Position numbers and translations under genes: made by a program. The notes below the pieces were generated by a model. It saw only the letters and a program-made list of their open reading frames with translations. It was not told where the DNA came from and ran no database searches. A DNA stretch of 63,969 nucleotides, the filler included, from Stramenopiles sp. TOSAG23-3 (taxonomy: Eukaryota), in NCBI GenBank assembly GCA_900128585.1. It is 5 parts of 5 records of this genome, joined end to end, with 100 filler letters (N's around TTAATTAATTAA, not from the genome) between each part and the next. Parts side by side here need not be neighbours in the genome. Positions count along the whole stretch, not along the records: positions 39,394 to 52,384 come from LT642651.1; positions 52,485 to 63,969 come from LT642736.1; 3 more parts are not named here. One strand, given 5' to 3'. Positions within the stretch are counted from its first letter, which is position 1. The number at the start of each line of letters is the position of its first letter. This document shows positions 42,721 through 52,485 of this stretch, one piece after another.

Positions 42721-43914
42721 TTAGGCATCAACCTTCATTGGTCGCTCCGCGTTTGGCTTGGTTGGGCCCATGAATTTCGCTTTCTCTTCGAACGTTTGGA
42801 ATCGGCCGTGTCCGAACTTACTGGACGTATCAATAAATTTAATCAAGTTTGGTACGTCTTCCAAGGCCTTCTTGGAGGTGTGTTCCAACAAACTCTTCCT
42901 CAAGGTAATTACACGCTTCTTTGGCCCAGTAACACCACCCTTAATCATGATCCAGTCCTCGTTAACCTCACCGTAGTGCGGGAAGCCACCCATCGGGGTG
43001 ATGGATTTCTCGGTCAAGTCTTGGTCGGTACTGCAGGATTTCTTGTCCCCGGCTTTTCCAAGGCGGTAAACCTTCTTGTTGATCTCGGTACGGTGATGGT
43101 AACCGCGTTGACCGGCACGGCCTACTTGGAACCTAAGGCGACTTGGGTGCCATGCGCCGATACAGGCTACCTTGCGAAGACCTTTGTGGGTCTTGCGTGG
43201 CAAGCGGGTGACGCCCCAGCGGGTGATGACGCCGGAGAACCCGTGACCTTTGTTCAGGGCATGGGTGTCGAGCATTTCGTTCTCTTGGAACACGGTGCTG
43301 ATGGGTACGTTCTTTTCGAACAAGCCGACGGCGAAGTCGACCTTGTCGGATACGGATCCACCGTTGACCTGGATTTCCATGACGTGGGCTTTCTTTTGCC
43401 TAAGCTTGACCTTCTTGATCTGGGTGTGGGCAATGACGCGCACGATCGAGCAGTGGTCCTTGATGCGTTGAAGCTCGGCGTTGAAGTCCTTCTTGTTCTC
43501 GGCGGTCTTCTTGGAGTACTTGGTGAACGCCTTTTGCTTGGACTGGTACCAGTTCTTGTAGAATCGGCGGCGGCACTCTTCGCTCAAGTGCTCGGCCCAC
43601 ACGGTGGTGACCGTGCGAAGGCCGTCCACGGTCTCGTTGTAACCGCAGACACCGACGACCACCATGGGTGGCGCTTCGAGGACGGTAACGGCTTCGACGA
43701 CGTCTTGCTTGTGAACTTTGGAGCCTGGGCGGTCAACCGTGCGCATGACGTGGGTCATACCGGCCTTGTACGCCATGAAAGCAGTCAAGTGAGGGGCGGC
43801 TTTGGCATCGTCGCGTGGGAACGAACGAATGCGGCCTTGGTGGCGACGGGAACGCTTCCTTGGAAGGAACCCAAGGGACCCGTGGCGTGGAGCTTCAAAC
43901 TTACGGTGAGACAT
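42721..43914 (-). CDS. RPL3: 60S ribosomal protein L3 (uL3)
   Basis: [64 protein letters not shown]. Confidence 0.99.
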   Translation of the reverse strand: MSHRKFEAPRHGSLGFLPRKRSRRHQGRIRSFPRDDAKAAPHLTAFMAYKAGMTHVMRTVDRPGSKVHKQDVVEAVTVLEAPPMVVVGVCGYNETVDGLRTVTTVWAEHLSEECRRRFYKNWYQSKQKAFTKYSKKTAENKKDFNAELQRIKDHCSIVRVIAHTQIKKVKLRQKKAHVMEIQVNGGSVSDKVDFAVGLFEKNVPISTVFQENEMLDTHALNKGHGFSGVITRWGVTRLPRKTHKGLRKVACIGAWHPSRLRFQVGRAGQRGYHHRTEINKKVYRLGKAGDKKSCSTDQDLTEKSITPMGGFPHYGEVNEDWIMIKGGVTGPKKRVITLRKSLLEHTSKKALEDVPNLIKFIDTSSKFGHGRFQTFEEKAKFMGPTKPNAERPMKVDA

Positions 43915-44560
43915 GTTGTTTCGTTTGGTTTTGTTTTGTTTTCTTACTTGAATATTAATTTCAAATTGATAATTGAGTTGGTTAGACTTCCTGAACCCCG
44001 TCCTTGTTGCAAAATTCTGATTCGTGCCGAGTGGTTACTAACGCCACACCCAATGCAGAACAAACGGCTGCAGAAAATGCAAACCCAACAATGAATGCAG
44101 AAAGGAAGAAGAAGAATGCAAAAAGAAAAAAAAGAAGAAGAAAAATTAAAAGGGACACACCATTGAAATAAAGAAGAAAAAAGACAAAGAAGAATTAGTT
44201 TCCTATTAGTTAATAAAGTAAGGATAAGAAGATGTAAAAAATAAAAGAAATAATTATTATTATACTCATTATATAGTCTTAAAGTATTCCCTTGATTAAA
44301 TAAAGCATAGGTATTAGAATACGAATTATAAAACATTCTATTCTATATAATTTACATTAAATAAGATACACTTTTTATTCCTTTAGAAGAATTAATAAAA
44401 ATATATAATAATACCTTATTTTATTTTATAGAAAGGAATTCTTTTCGACGACTGGCTAGGAATCATCCAATTTGTTATTAACATGGGAATAGCATAGATA
44501 TTGTAACTTTTATCTATGGTATGGAATGTATTCATATTATTAACATAAGAATAGTACAGA

Positions 44561-44806
44561 GAATCAAAGAAGTACGGAAATGTCTCTATGCTGTGTTATG
44601 TATTGATATTATTTTACATAGGAATAAGAGGAAGAATCNNNNNNNNNNNNNNNNNNNNNNNNNNNAAGAATCAAAGAAGTACGGAAATGTCTCTATGCTG
44701 TGTTATGTATTGATATTATTTTACATAGGAATAAGAGGAAGAATGAAAGAAGTACGGAAATGTCTCTATGCTGTGTTATGTATTGATATTATTTTACATA
44801 AGAATA
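44561..44806 (+). repeat. 73-bp minisatellite, at least 3 copies flanking an N gap
   Basis: GAATCAAAGAAGTACGGAAATGTCTCTATGCTGTGTTATGTATTGATATTATTTTACATAGGAATAAGAGGAA at 44561, 44668 and 44741. Confidence 0.9.
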
Positions 44807-45587
44807 ACATCAAGAAAGCGTTTGGGAATTGGGCGGAGAAAGGGTTCGATGCTGTGTGATGTATTATTGGTATTGATGGAAAAAATCCAATGCTGTCCTG
44901 TGTTAAAATTTAATGGTCGGGAGACTCTCTTTGTATATATTATAAAGGTTAAATATTAATCATGTTGTATATTATAAGTATATATAATTTATATAATTAA
45001 CTTTATGATTTAATTTAAAAGCCTCTTTCTTCTTTCCCTGGTTTCCTGTTAAATCTTCAATGATGTGTTCATATAGTGTGACCCCTCATTTGTATTCTAG
45101 TTCAATATTAGGGTTTTTCATAGCGAAAAAATATCTATATTTAATAACAGGACTATAGCAAAGAGAATAGAAAATAATTAAGTTGTGGTGGCTGAACTAA
45201 TAAATTAAGGTTTATGTAGATTAGAGATATTATAAGAATAGTAGACTTCCATATAATTTTAACTCATTTTAAAATATGAATTTATTTAAATATTTATATA
45301 ATAATCACGAAAGAGAAAGAGATACATACCTTGTTTTATTATTTATTAAAAAAATGAGAAAGAAGAAACATAATAAAATACAAAAGAAGAAAAGAAGAAG
45401 AAAGAGGTTGGATACGGGGGTACGGTACGGGGGGTGGGGTTCGTCGGTCGTCGGTCGTCGGTAGGATTTATTTAAATTGTGTTCTATTCATTTGGATGTG
45501 TATGTTCTTCTATTTTTGTTCTTTGTTTTTGTATTGGGAGGAACACTTAAGAAGGGATAGAAATAGTCGAGAGGGAGGGAGTGAGTG

Positions 45588-45678
45588 AGTGAGAGAAGTG
45601 AGAGAAGTGAGAGAAGTGAGAGAAGTGAGAGAAGTGAGAGAAGTGAGAGAAGTGAGAGAAGTGAGANNNNNNNNNNNN

Positions 45679-45715
<37 letters not shown>
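45588..45715 (+). repeat. (GAGAAGTGA)n repeat followed by gap and poly-G
   Basis: Direct observation. Confidence 0.9.
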
Positions 45716-45716
<1 letters not shown>

Positions 45717-45786
45717 ACCAACCAACCAGTATAGTACGTAGGACCATAGAGTACGAGGAGCACGCGAACCCTGTCTGTATAAAAAT

Positions 45787-48267
45787 ATGCAACGCTCTTC
45801 GAGGCTTGCGGGCGCCGGCCGAGGGAGCAAGACGAAATCGTCGTCCTCCGCGCGATCCTCGGTACGGTCTTCATCGTCACGTCTTAGTAGAACAACTGGT
45901 GCGTCCTCGTCGTCCACAGGGCGCAGCACCCTGCGCACGTCAAAGGTGTCGCTGCGCGGTGCCGCACGGACTGTGGCCAGGGCCTCCTCCCGCTTGTCAA
46001 AGCCCGTCCGAGTGAAGAAGCGGGGTAGTGGTGGCGGCGGCGACAGCAGTGCCCTGGGGAAAGCGGGCAGGAGAACGGCGGCCGGGAAAGCCGGGGCTGC
46101 GGGGAGGAAGAAGGGCACGAAGCCGGTGCTTGAAAAACTAGACCTTGGGGAGTCCTCGGAAGATTCGAACGTGGCCAATAGCGTGTTGTCCCCTAGGAGC
46201 GACAGCGCGCTGAGCCCGAAGCTGTTGGGCGCGCGCTCCGATGCGCTGAGTGAGCTCGCCCAGCTGAAGCGGTCGCTGAGGGAAAAGGAAGACAAAGAAG
46301 ACGAGGCTGTTCGGCAGATGGGAATAGAAAAGGTGCGGTCCTCGGGGCCTGGAAGCAATAGTAGTAGTGGGGCGGCGCTGCCGCCGCCGCCGGCACCACC
46401 CCCGGCCCCCCCCTCGACCCCCGGCCACGACGAAGATAACCGCGAGTTTTACGCAACCACCTTGAGAAAGGCGGACGTGACTTTGGACCTGGACGAGCGC
46501 AGCATGCGCTCGCCCCGGGCAATCATCACCGCGCTCACCCACCGCGTCAAGGTCCTCGAAGCGATACCCCCGTCTTTGCCCACGGCCGGCAGCCCCCCAC
46601 TGTTCAACCCGAGGCGCCTTACGGCCGATTTGGAGCATGCGCGCGCGTCCCTCGGGGGCGAGCGGCAGCGAGTGAAGGAGCTGGAAGAGACCGTCCGAGG
46701 CTTAAATGCTAAGCTGTTCGCAGAGCAACGGGCGAGGCAGCAGGTGGAGGTGGAAATGTTCACCGTGCGGGAGGAGAGCACCGAAGTGCGCTTGGAGCTA
46801 AAGTCCGCCCACCAGAAGCTCAAGCGTGTCCAGGACCAGGCCAGGAGTGACATAGAGGAGACGAAGCGGCAGGCCGAGCAGATGGTGGAGCAAACGTCCA
46901 AGTCCCACTCCGACCTCGCTGCAAGGGCCCAGGAAAAGCGGGACGAAAAGCACGAAGAGCTGGAGCGGGTCAAGAGCCGGCACGAGCGGGAAGTCGCGGA
47001 CCTGACCAGCGAGCTGGTCAAGGCGAGGGACATCGCAAAGAACTCTAGCGCGACCCTGAAGCGCCATTTAGACATTGCGCTGAGGAACGACGAAGACCTG
47101 CGGAACGCGCACAGCGAACTGCACGGGTACAAGGCCCAGCTGGAAAGCGCGCACGAGGAAGTGCACAAGCACAAGAGCGAGAAGCTGCAAGCAGAAAGCC
47201 GTGCCATGATATCCATGTCGGAGGTGGCGGCGATGCGTGAGGAAGTAGTGAAGGCCAGGAAAGTGCAAGTGGCACAAATCCTGGGCCCGGTCAAGTTAGA
47301 GAATGATCGGTTGAAAGCAAAAATAGAAAAGTTGTCGTTGGAGAAAGAGACCGTGGAAGAGAGGGAGGCGTCTCTCCAAGACCACTGCGTTGGGATGCAA
47401 GAGGAAATTAGCCTCTACCAGCACCGTGTTGTAAAGGCGGAAGACCATGCGCAGCTGCTGGCCGATCGAGTGAAGCGCCTGGTTGCCGACAAGAAGCGCC
47501 TGAGCAAGGCCGTGAAGGAGCAAAAGATATACTCCACCCCCTCGTGGGTGGCGTCTGCGGAATCGTCCGCCGCCCCCCTCAATGGGAAGGTGCAGCTGAA
47601 ACGAAGCCTGTACACCAGCTATAGTATCACCGAACTGGACTCGAAAAGCCGATCGTCCTCGCCCACGGGCGACCCGTCGGTTGAAAGGGCAAAGCGCGTC
47701 GCCCTGCGCGGTGGTAGCGGCCCGGTCAGTGACGGGAAAGTCCATATCGGGCAAGGAAAAAGTGCAGCCCAAAAGGCTGCCGCGAGAATTCACTACCCAA
47801 AGGTGAACGTGTCCAAAACTAGCCGCGTGCCGTCTGGGACGTGGCGGCACGGTGGGGCTGCTGTAATCAACCCAAACAGTGTAAATTCGAAATCACCGCC
47901 CGACTTTAACCGGGCGCAGTACCGAAAACCTGCGGGCGGAAACAAGCCGTGGGACCCAAAACCAGGGAGTGCCGTGCCGCAAAGGGCCAGTGCGGGGAAA
48001 AGGAGTCCTCCCGAGGCTGATGGCGCGCTGAACATGTGGAGCGAGAATGGCATGACCAGCCAGAAACAGGGCGACGTCGAGTTTAAAGCTCCGCAAATAG
48101 ATGACATTTCGTCCGTATGGGAAGAGCAAGGCGCTTCGGAGTTTGGGTACGCACAGGGCAACGTACCGAGCAGCCCCACTGATAGCGTGGAGGAAATGAC
48201 GCAAAACAATGTCACTAGCTTGGAAGAACTGGCCAAAACGTTAGAGATAGTGAAGAATTTGGCGTAA
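45787..48267 (+). CDS. Long coiled-coil protein with Ser/Arg-rich N-terminus
   Basis: 826-aa ATG ORF; extended E/K/R/Q/L heptads in the middle. Confidence 0.7.
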   Translation: MQRSSRLAGAGRGSKTKSSSSARSSVRSSSSRLSRTTGASSSSTGRSTLRTSKVSLRGAARTVARASSRLSKPVRVKKRGSGGGGDSSALGKAGRRTAAGKAGAAGRKKGTKPVLEKLDLGESSEDSNVANSVLSPRSDSALSPKLLGARSDALSELAQLKRSLREKEDKEDEAVRQMGIEKVRSSGPGSNSSSGAALPPPPAPPPAPPSTPGHDEDNREFYATTLRKADVTLDLDERSMRSPRAIITALTHRVKVLEAIPPSLPTAGSPPLFNPRRLTADLEHARASLGGERQRVKELEETVRGLNAKLFAEQRARQQVEVEMFTVREESTEVRLELKSAHQKLKRVQDQARSDIEETKRQAEQMVEQTSKSHSDLAARAQEKRDEKHEELERVKSRHEREVADLTSELVKARDIAKNSSATLKRHLDIALRNDEDLRNAHSELHGYKAQLESAHEEVHKHKSEKLQAESRAMISMSEVAAMREEVVKARKVQVAQILGPVKLENDRLKAKIEKLSLEKETVEEREASLQDHCVGMQEEISLYQHRVVKAEDHAQLLADRVKRLVADKKRLSKAVKEQKIYSTPSWVASAESSAAPLNGKVQLKRSLYTSYSITELDSKSRSSSPTGDPSVERAKRVALRGGSGPVSDGKVHIGQGKSAAQKAAARIHYPKVNVSKTSRVPSGTWRHGGAAVINPNSVNSKSPPDFNRAQYRKPAGGNKPWDPKPGSAVPQRASAGKRSPPEADGALNMWSENGMTSQKQGDVEFKAPQIDDISSVWEEQGASEFGYAQGNVPSSPTDSVEEMTQNNVTSLEELAKTLEIVKNLA

Positions 48268-48631
48268 GCTAAAGAGAAAGGAAGGCACACTCGCGAGGTC
48301 GTCTTTGTTTGCTTTTTGAAAAACGTGTTTGGTGATAACGATGTATGCGGTAAGATACGCGCAATTTTTTTCAAGAGGAAGATAATATGAAGTTAAAAAA
48401 TGTATGTTAAATTTTTTCCCACCAGGAATATTATGGATTTACATTTCATATTTGAATCTAATGATGATAACGTTGTTTTTAAATATAGGTTTTTGTTAAT
48501 TTATTTTTTAAAAAATTTGAATAAACACAGCCATTTTTTTGTTTTTCAGTGTAAGCACCTACGTAAACTTTCAACATTTTACTCCTCAAAAATAATACCT
48601 CCATAGAAACACGCTCACGCGCCACTTTTTT

Positions 48632-50383
48632 TCAATTCTGCAATGCCTGATGAACCAGTAAGCTGATTGCCTCATTGTAATTGTACTTTTTTATGTGGTG
48701 TTCTACTTTTTCCTTGCTTATTTCAAAACCTGCCAACGGCCCGCGCATAGCGGCGTCCGCAATCAGCTCGTGCTCCAAAACAGAATTCTTTCCAGTCAAC
48801 TCTTTCTCAATTTTCACCAGCTCCTTGTAGAACTGCTGGTCCGGCTCGCACTTTCGGTGTGGGTCCAACTTCAACACTTCCACGTACAAACTGATTAAGT
48901 CCACACCCCAATGCCTCATTATGTATGCCATCGCAAGGGGGGAGCTTTTGCCGTAGTCCCCAAGCCCGCCGTGTATCAAAACTTTATGCCTAGGATCCGA
49001 TACCAAGGCCCTGTGGATGAACTTGAACGCGCCAAACTTTATGTACAACGCCAGGGTCAGGGGCGTTTTCTCTTCTTTCACGCAAATATGGAGGTACTGC
49101 GCGGGGGAGGGGTAATCATTTGGTAGCTTGTTCGGAAACTCTGGGTTCCCATCTTTGTCGACACAGCTTAAGTTTACAATGTGGGAGATGCCTGCCGATT
49201 TCAGTGCCCCCAAGTTTTGCCCCGCCACGCCATCTCCGAGGTATATTCGACCCGTTTTGCAATAATCGAACAGGACCGCTTTTTCCGTACCACTGACAAC
49301 AACAAACTCCTCCTCCGCTGCGCTGTTCCGGGCCACTTCAACGAAGTCGTCGCTGTCCCTGGACACCAGCGGCACGTTGAACAGAACTTCTGTCAAAGAC
49401 ACCTCGTTGCTCCCGGCGCCCAGCGCTGGCATGGGGATAAAGTAAGACTGGTCAACGCGAAGCCAATTCAGGAACGCATCCAAATCGACAAAGTCGTACT
49501 GCATCCGCCTGTGCGAGTCTCTCAGGAACACCGTCGTATTTGTTCGCATTACCGACCATGTCTCGTGCTGCCGGGTGACCACAACGGCGGTGAACGGCAG
49601 CGACAATGCTTTGTTGAAGTACATTCCGAGCTCTTTCGTGCCAAAGACGGTGTGCGTGCCGCTAGCCCGAACGTTGGCCAGGGTAGCCTCGTCGATCCCG
49701 TCTATTGACAGCAGCGCCACCGTCTCTTTCAGGGTCACCAAGTTGGCTTCCTCTGCGCTAAAGTCAAGGGCAGACATGACGTACCCCAACACTTCTGACA
49801 AATTCACAACGCCAGAAAACTGGAGGCTATGAGTCTTTGCAACGTTAAACGATCGTATTCCTCTGCGAATGCAGTCCACCCAAAGGTACCCGTCGGGCTC
49901 TTTCTCCCGCACGGTGGCCATAAGGGACACGCAGCCAGAAATATACGTGCACGCCGCGGTCCCCCTCTCCGGAACTGCGTCGTACTGCGTCAACGGCCTT
50001 TCGAACGTTTTCCAAGTGCCGACGCCTTTAAATTCTTCGCTGTCCCCTATTCGGTTTGATTTTTCGTTCATTCGGTTGTCGCCCAGTGATTCCCACGCCA
50101 TTTGTTCCCTCACTGCGGCGATGCTCTTTAACCCGGCCTCCTGTAGCAGCCACCGGAGGGCGTCCTGGTCGCTGATCTTTTCCAGTGTCGAGGAAAATTC
50201 ACGAGCGTGCGTGGAGCACATGTTGTTTGTTTCTCTCAACCCCCAAATGCCACAGTTTGGGTACTGGCATTTTACGTTCTGTGCAAGCGACAGCGAGGTG
50301 TCTACTACCGAGGTACTCCTTTTGCGCAGCGCCATGTTAGCAAAGTTATTATTCAAGTTTTGAGCAGAGGCTAGGCTTGCCAT
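48632..50383 (-). CDS. A20-like ZnF / VTD-like deubiquitinase / LIR motifs / DSP-fold pseudophosphatase / UBA-like multidomain protein
   Basis: CQYPNCGIWG...MCSTH; TQYD...GTAAC...FLRDSH; DDFVEV, EEEFVVV; RIYLGD...GISHIVNL...VLIHGGLGDYGKS...AYIM; GFEISKEKV...NYNEAISLL. Confidence 0.7.
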   Translation of the reverse strand: MASLASAQNLNNNFANMALRKRSTSVVDTSLSLAQNVKCQYPNCGIWGLRETNNMCSTHAREFSSTLEKISDQDALRWLLQEAGLKSIAAVREQMAWESLGDNRMNEKSNRIGDSEEFKGVGTWKTFERPLTQYDAVPERGTAACTYISGCVSLMATVREKEPDGYLWVDCIRRGIRSFNVAKTHSLQFSGVVNLSEVLGYVMSALDFSAEEANLVTLKETVALLSIDGIDEATLANVRASGTHTVFGTKELGMYFNKALSLPFTAVVVTRQHETWSVMRTNTTVFLRDSHRRMQYDFVDLDAFLNWLRVDQSYFIPMPALGAGSNEVSLTEVLFNVPLVSRDSDDFVEVARNSAAEEEFVVVSGTEKAVLFDYCKTGRIYLGDGVAGQNLGALKSAGISHIVNLSCVDKDGNPEFPNKLPNDYPSPAQYLHICVKEEKTPLTLALYIKFGAFKFIHRALVSDPRHKVLIHGGLGDYGKSSPLAMAYIMRHWGVDLISLYVEVLKLDPHRKCEPDQQFYKELVKIEKELTGKNSVLEHELIADAAMRGPLAGFEISKEKVEHHIKKYNYNEAISLLVHQALQN

Positions 50384-50950
50384 GGTGAGACTAATAGACC
50401 GGTGCTTCGTTCACCCTTTCGTATGTACTGCTAGTAGATACCTCTGTCGTTTTCTAACCGTTTGTCTCCTTTTTGAAATGAAGGGGGCTTTAAACCAATT
50501 GGTGGTTACGAAATTGTATTTTTTCGTGTTAACTTCTTCAATCCAAATCAATATTCATTTACTTTTCTTCTTAGTCTGAAGATCGATCACCGTTTCCTTT
50601 TCACACGCACGAGAAGCAGAAAGAAGAAGAAGAAGAAGAAGAAAGAAGAAGAGAAAGAAGAAGAAGAAGAAAGAAGAAGAGAAGGAAGAAGAAGAAAGAA
50701 GAAGAGAAAGAAGAAGAAAGAAGAAAAAGGCATCCATCATCATCAACTAAAAAAAGAACAACAGGAACACAGCAATAACAACCATTCTTTTAAAAAAATA
50801 TCGAGGGAGCAAAACAACTTCTTCGCACAATTATTTAATAGGATATTGTTGTACTTATTTAATATTAAAACTACTACGATACATTGTTGAAATTTCCAAT
50901 CTTCAACAACCCAATGAAGAAAGCAAAATTGAAACCATTGCGAGATCAAA

Positions 50951-51946
50951 TCAAATCAAAGAAGAAGAAGAAGAACGGCTTCCCCAATCCTCTACCATCT
51001 TCCCAATAACCTGTAACTGGAGGCCCACTTTGCTTGCGTACGCTGGTCCTGTGAAACCCCACCAATCCCAACAGCCTTCCGGGTTCAGTGCGTTGCTTTT
51101 TGCTTGGGGGTAGATGACGACTACATTGTTCGCCTCTGCCCACTCGTTGTAACCGGCATGGAGAACAAAGGTCGTGTTGATGTTCTCTGGCGCTTGAAGG
51201 CATCCGTGGTATGCAACGTGCAGGTCACACGACTGCATGTTGCCATTTTGACAGCCGGTCGGGACGTACGCGTACCCGTTTTCTGCAAAGCCAACAGACT
51301 CGTTGAAAATTCCATACTTTGATTGAGAAAACGATACAATGTTGCTTTCAGGTGCTTTTTCTCTGGGCTTCAGCTCCTTGCCCAACAGATGGGACAGCAA
51401 ATGCCCGGCCGCGTCAAACTGGCAGTTGTCGATGTACGGCGAGCCAAAATACGTGCAGTCGTTTCCAAAATTGTCAGTGACCATGGCATGCGCCGCCTGG
51501 ATATCGTTCCGCAGCTCCATGTCGCTCTCGTCCGCCCCGATGCCGGTATAGTACGTATACGCCTTTGCGACGACTCCGCTATTTACTTTGTGGTCTTGAA
51601 CCCCGCTGAAAAGCCAAATTTTGTCCCCGGCAGTGTACGCAGGGGAGTCGATCGTTCCCGTCGTTGCGTACGTCGAGTAGGTCACTGCAACCAACTCCTC
51701 CACGCTGATGAACTCGGGCTCCACCATACACGCATGCAACGCAATTTCTAGCTTTGCCTGAGCACAAAAGAAAGGCCCACCGGCAATCGCCGCAACTCCT
51801 ACCACGTCCTTGTTGTACGCCACATGGTTCTGTATTGCCATAAACGCGCCCGAGGACACCCCCGACACAGTGTACTCCCGCCCAGAAACGCCACCCACCA
51901 CCGCAAGCACCAAACAGATGAAACTAAACGAACGGGCCGTTGACAT
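50951..51946 (-). CDS. Secreted poly(3-hydroxybutyrate) depolymerase (fungal/bacterial PhaZ-like alpha/beta hydrolase)
   Basis: Signal peptide; TVSGVSSGAFMA, GVAAIAGGPFFCA, SGVQDHKV, AAHAMVT, YAYVPTGC, LHVAYHGCLQ, GYNEWAEANNVVVIYPQ, NPEGCWDWWG. Confidence 0.85.
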   Translation of the reverse strand: MSTARSFSFICLVLAVVGGVSGREYTVSGVSSGAFMAIQNHVAYNKDVVGVAAIAGGPFFCAQAKLEIALHACMVEPEFISVEELVAVTYSTYATTGTIDSPAYTAGDKIWLFSGVQDHKVNSGVVAKAYTYYTGIGADESDMELRNDIQAAHAMVTDNFGNDCTYFGSPYIDNCQFDAAGHLLSHLLGKELKPREKAPESNIVSFSQSKYGIFNESVGFAENGYAYVPTGCQNGNMQSCDLHVAYHGCLQAPENINTTFVLHAGYNEWAEANNVVVIYPQAKSNALNPEGCWDWWGFTGPAYASKVGLQLQVIGKMVEDWGSRSSSSSLI

Positions 51947-52384
51947 CTTATACGTATCATATATCACACACAAACATACACACACACTCCATTATTAAAT
52001 ACACTTCAATGAAGATAAACCTTTTTAGTACAAAATCCTCACATACAGAAGTATTGCAACGGTCTTCAACAAAAGCGCGACAAAGGTTCTCTCTTCTTCT
52101 TCTTCAGAACGAACAACATGGAAGAAATAATTTATTAATCTCGCTCGCCACCAAAACTTATTTAAGGATAATTGTACTAAATGTACCATATATAGAACCA
52201 CAGCATTGTTTCAAGTTTCAAGATGACCAGTCATTAGTTTAACCTAATTCAAACACTATATTATGATAAAATAGAAGAAAATATATATGAGTCATATAGT
52301 GTCATAGTATATAGAAATAAAAGGAAAGAATAAAAAATAGTATAGAAATAACATCAAAGAATAAAAAATAGTATAGAAATAACA

Positions 52385-52484
52385 NNNNNNNNNNNNNNNN
52401 NNNNNNNNNNNNNNNNNNNNNNNNNNNNTTAATTAATTAANNNNNNNNNNNNNNNNNNNNNNNNNNNNNNNNNNNNNNNNNNNN
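52385..52484. other. Artificial contig-joining spacer
   Basis: 44N-TTAATTAATTAA-44N. Confidence 0.95.
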
Positions 52485-52485
52485 A

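Noticed and set aside
42616-44094. 492-aa antisense ORF over RPL3
   Set aside because: Shadow ORF expected from strong codon bias of a highly expressed gene; non-ATG start and no recognisable motifs.
44561-44806. CRISPR-like array
   Set aside because: Head-to-tail repeats without spacers, eukaryotic context, no cas genes.
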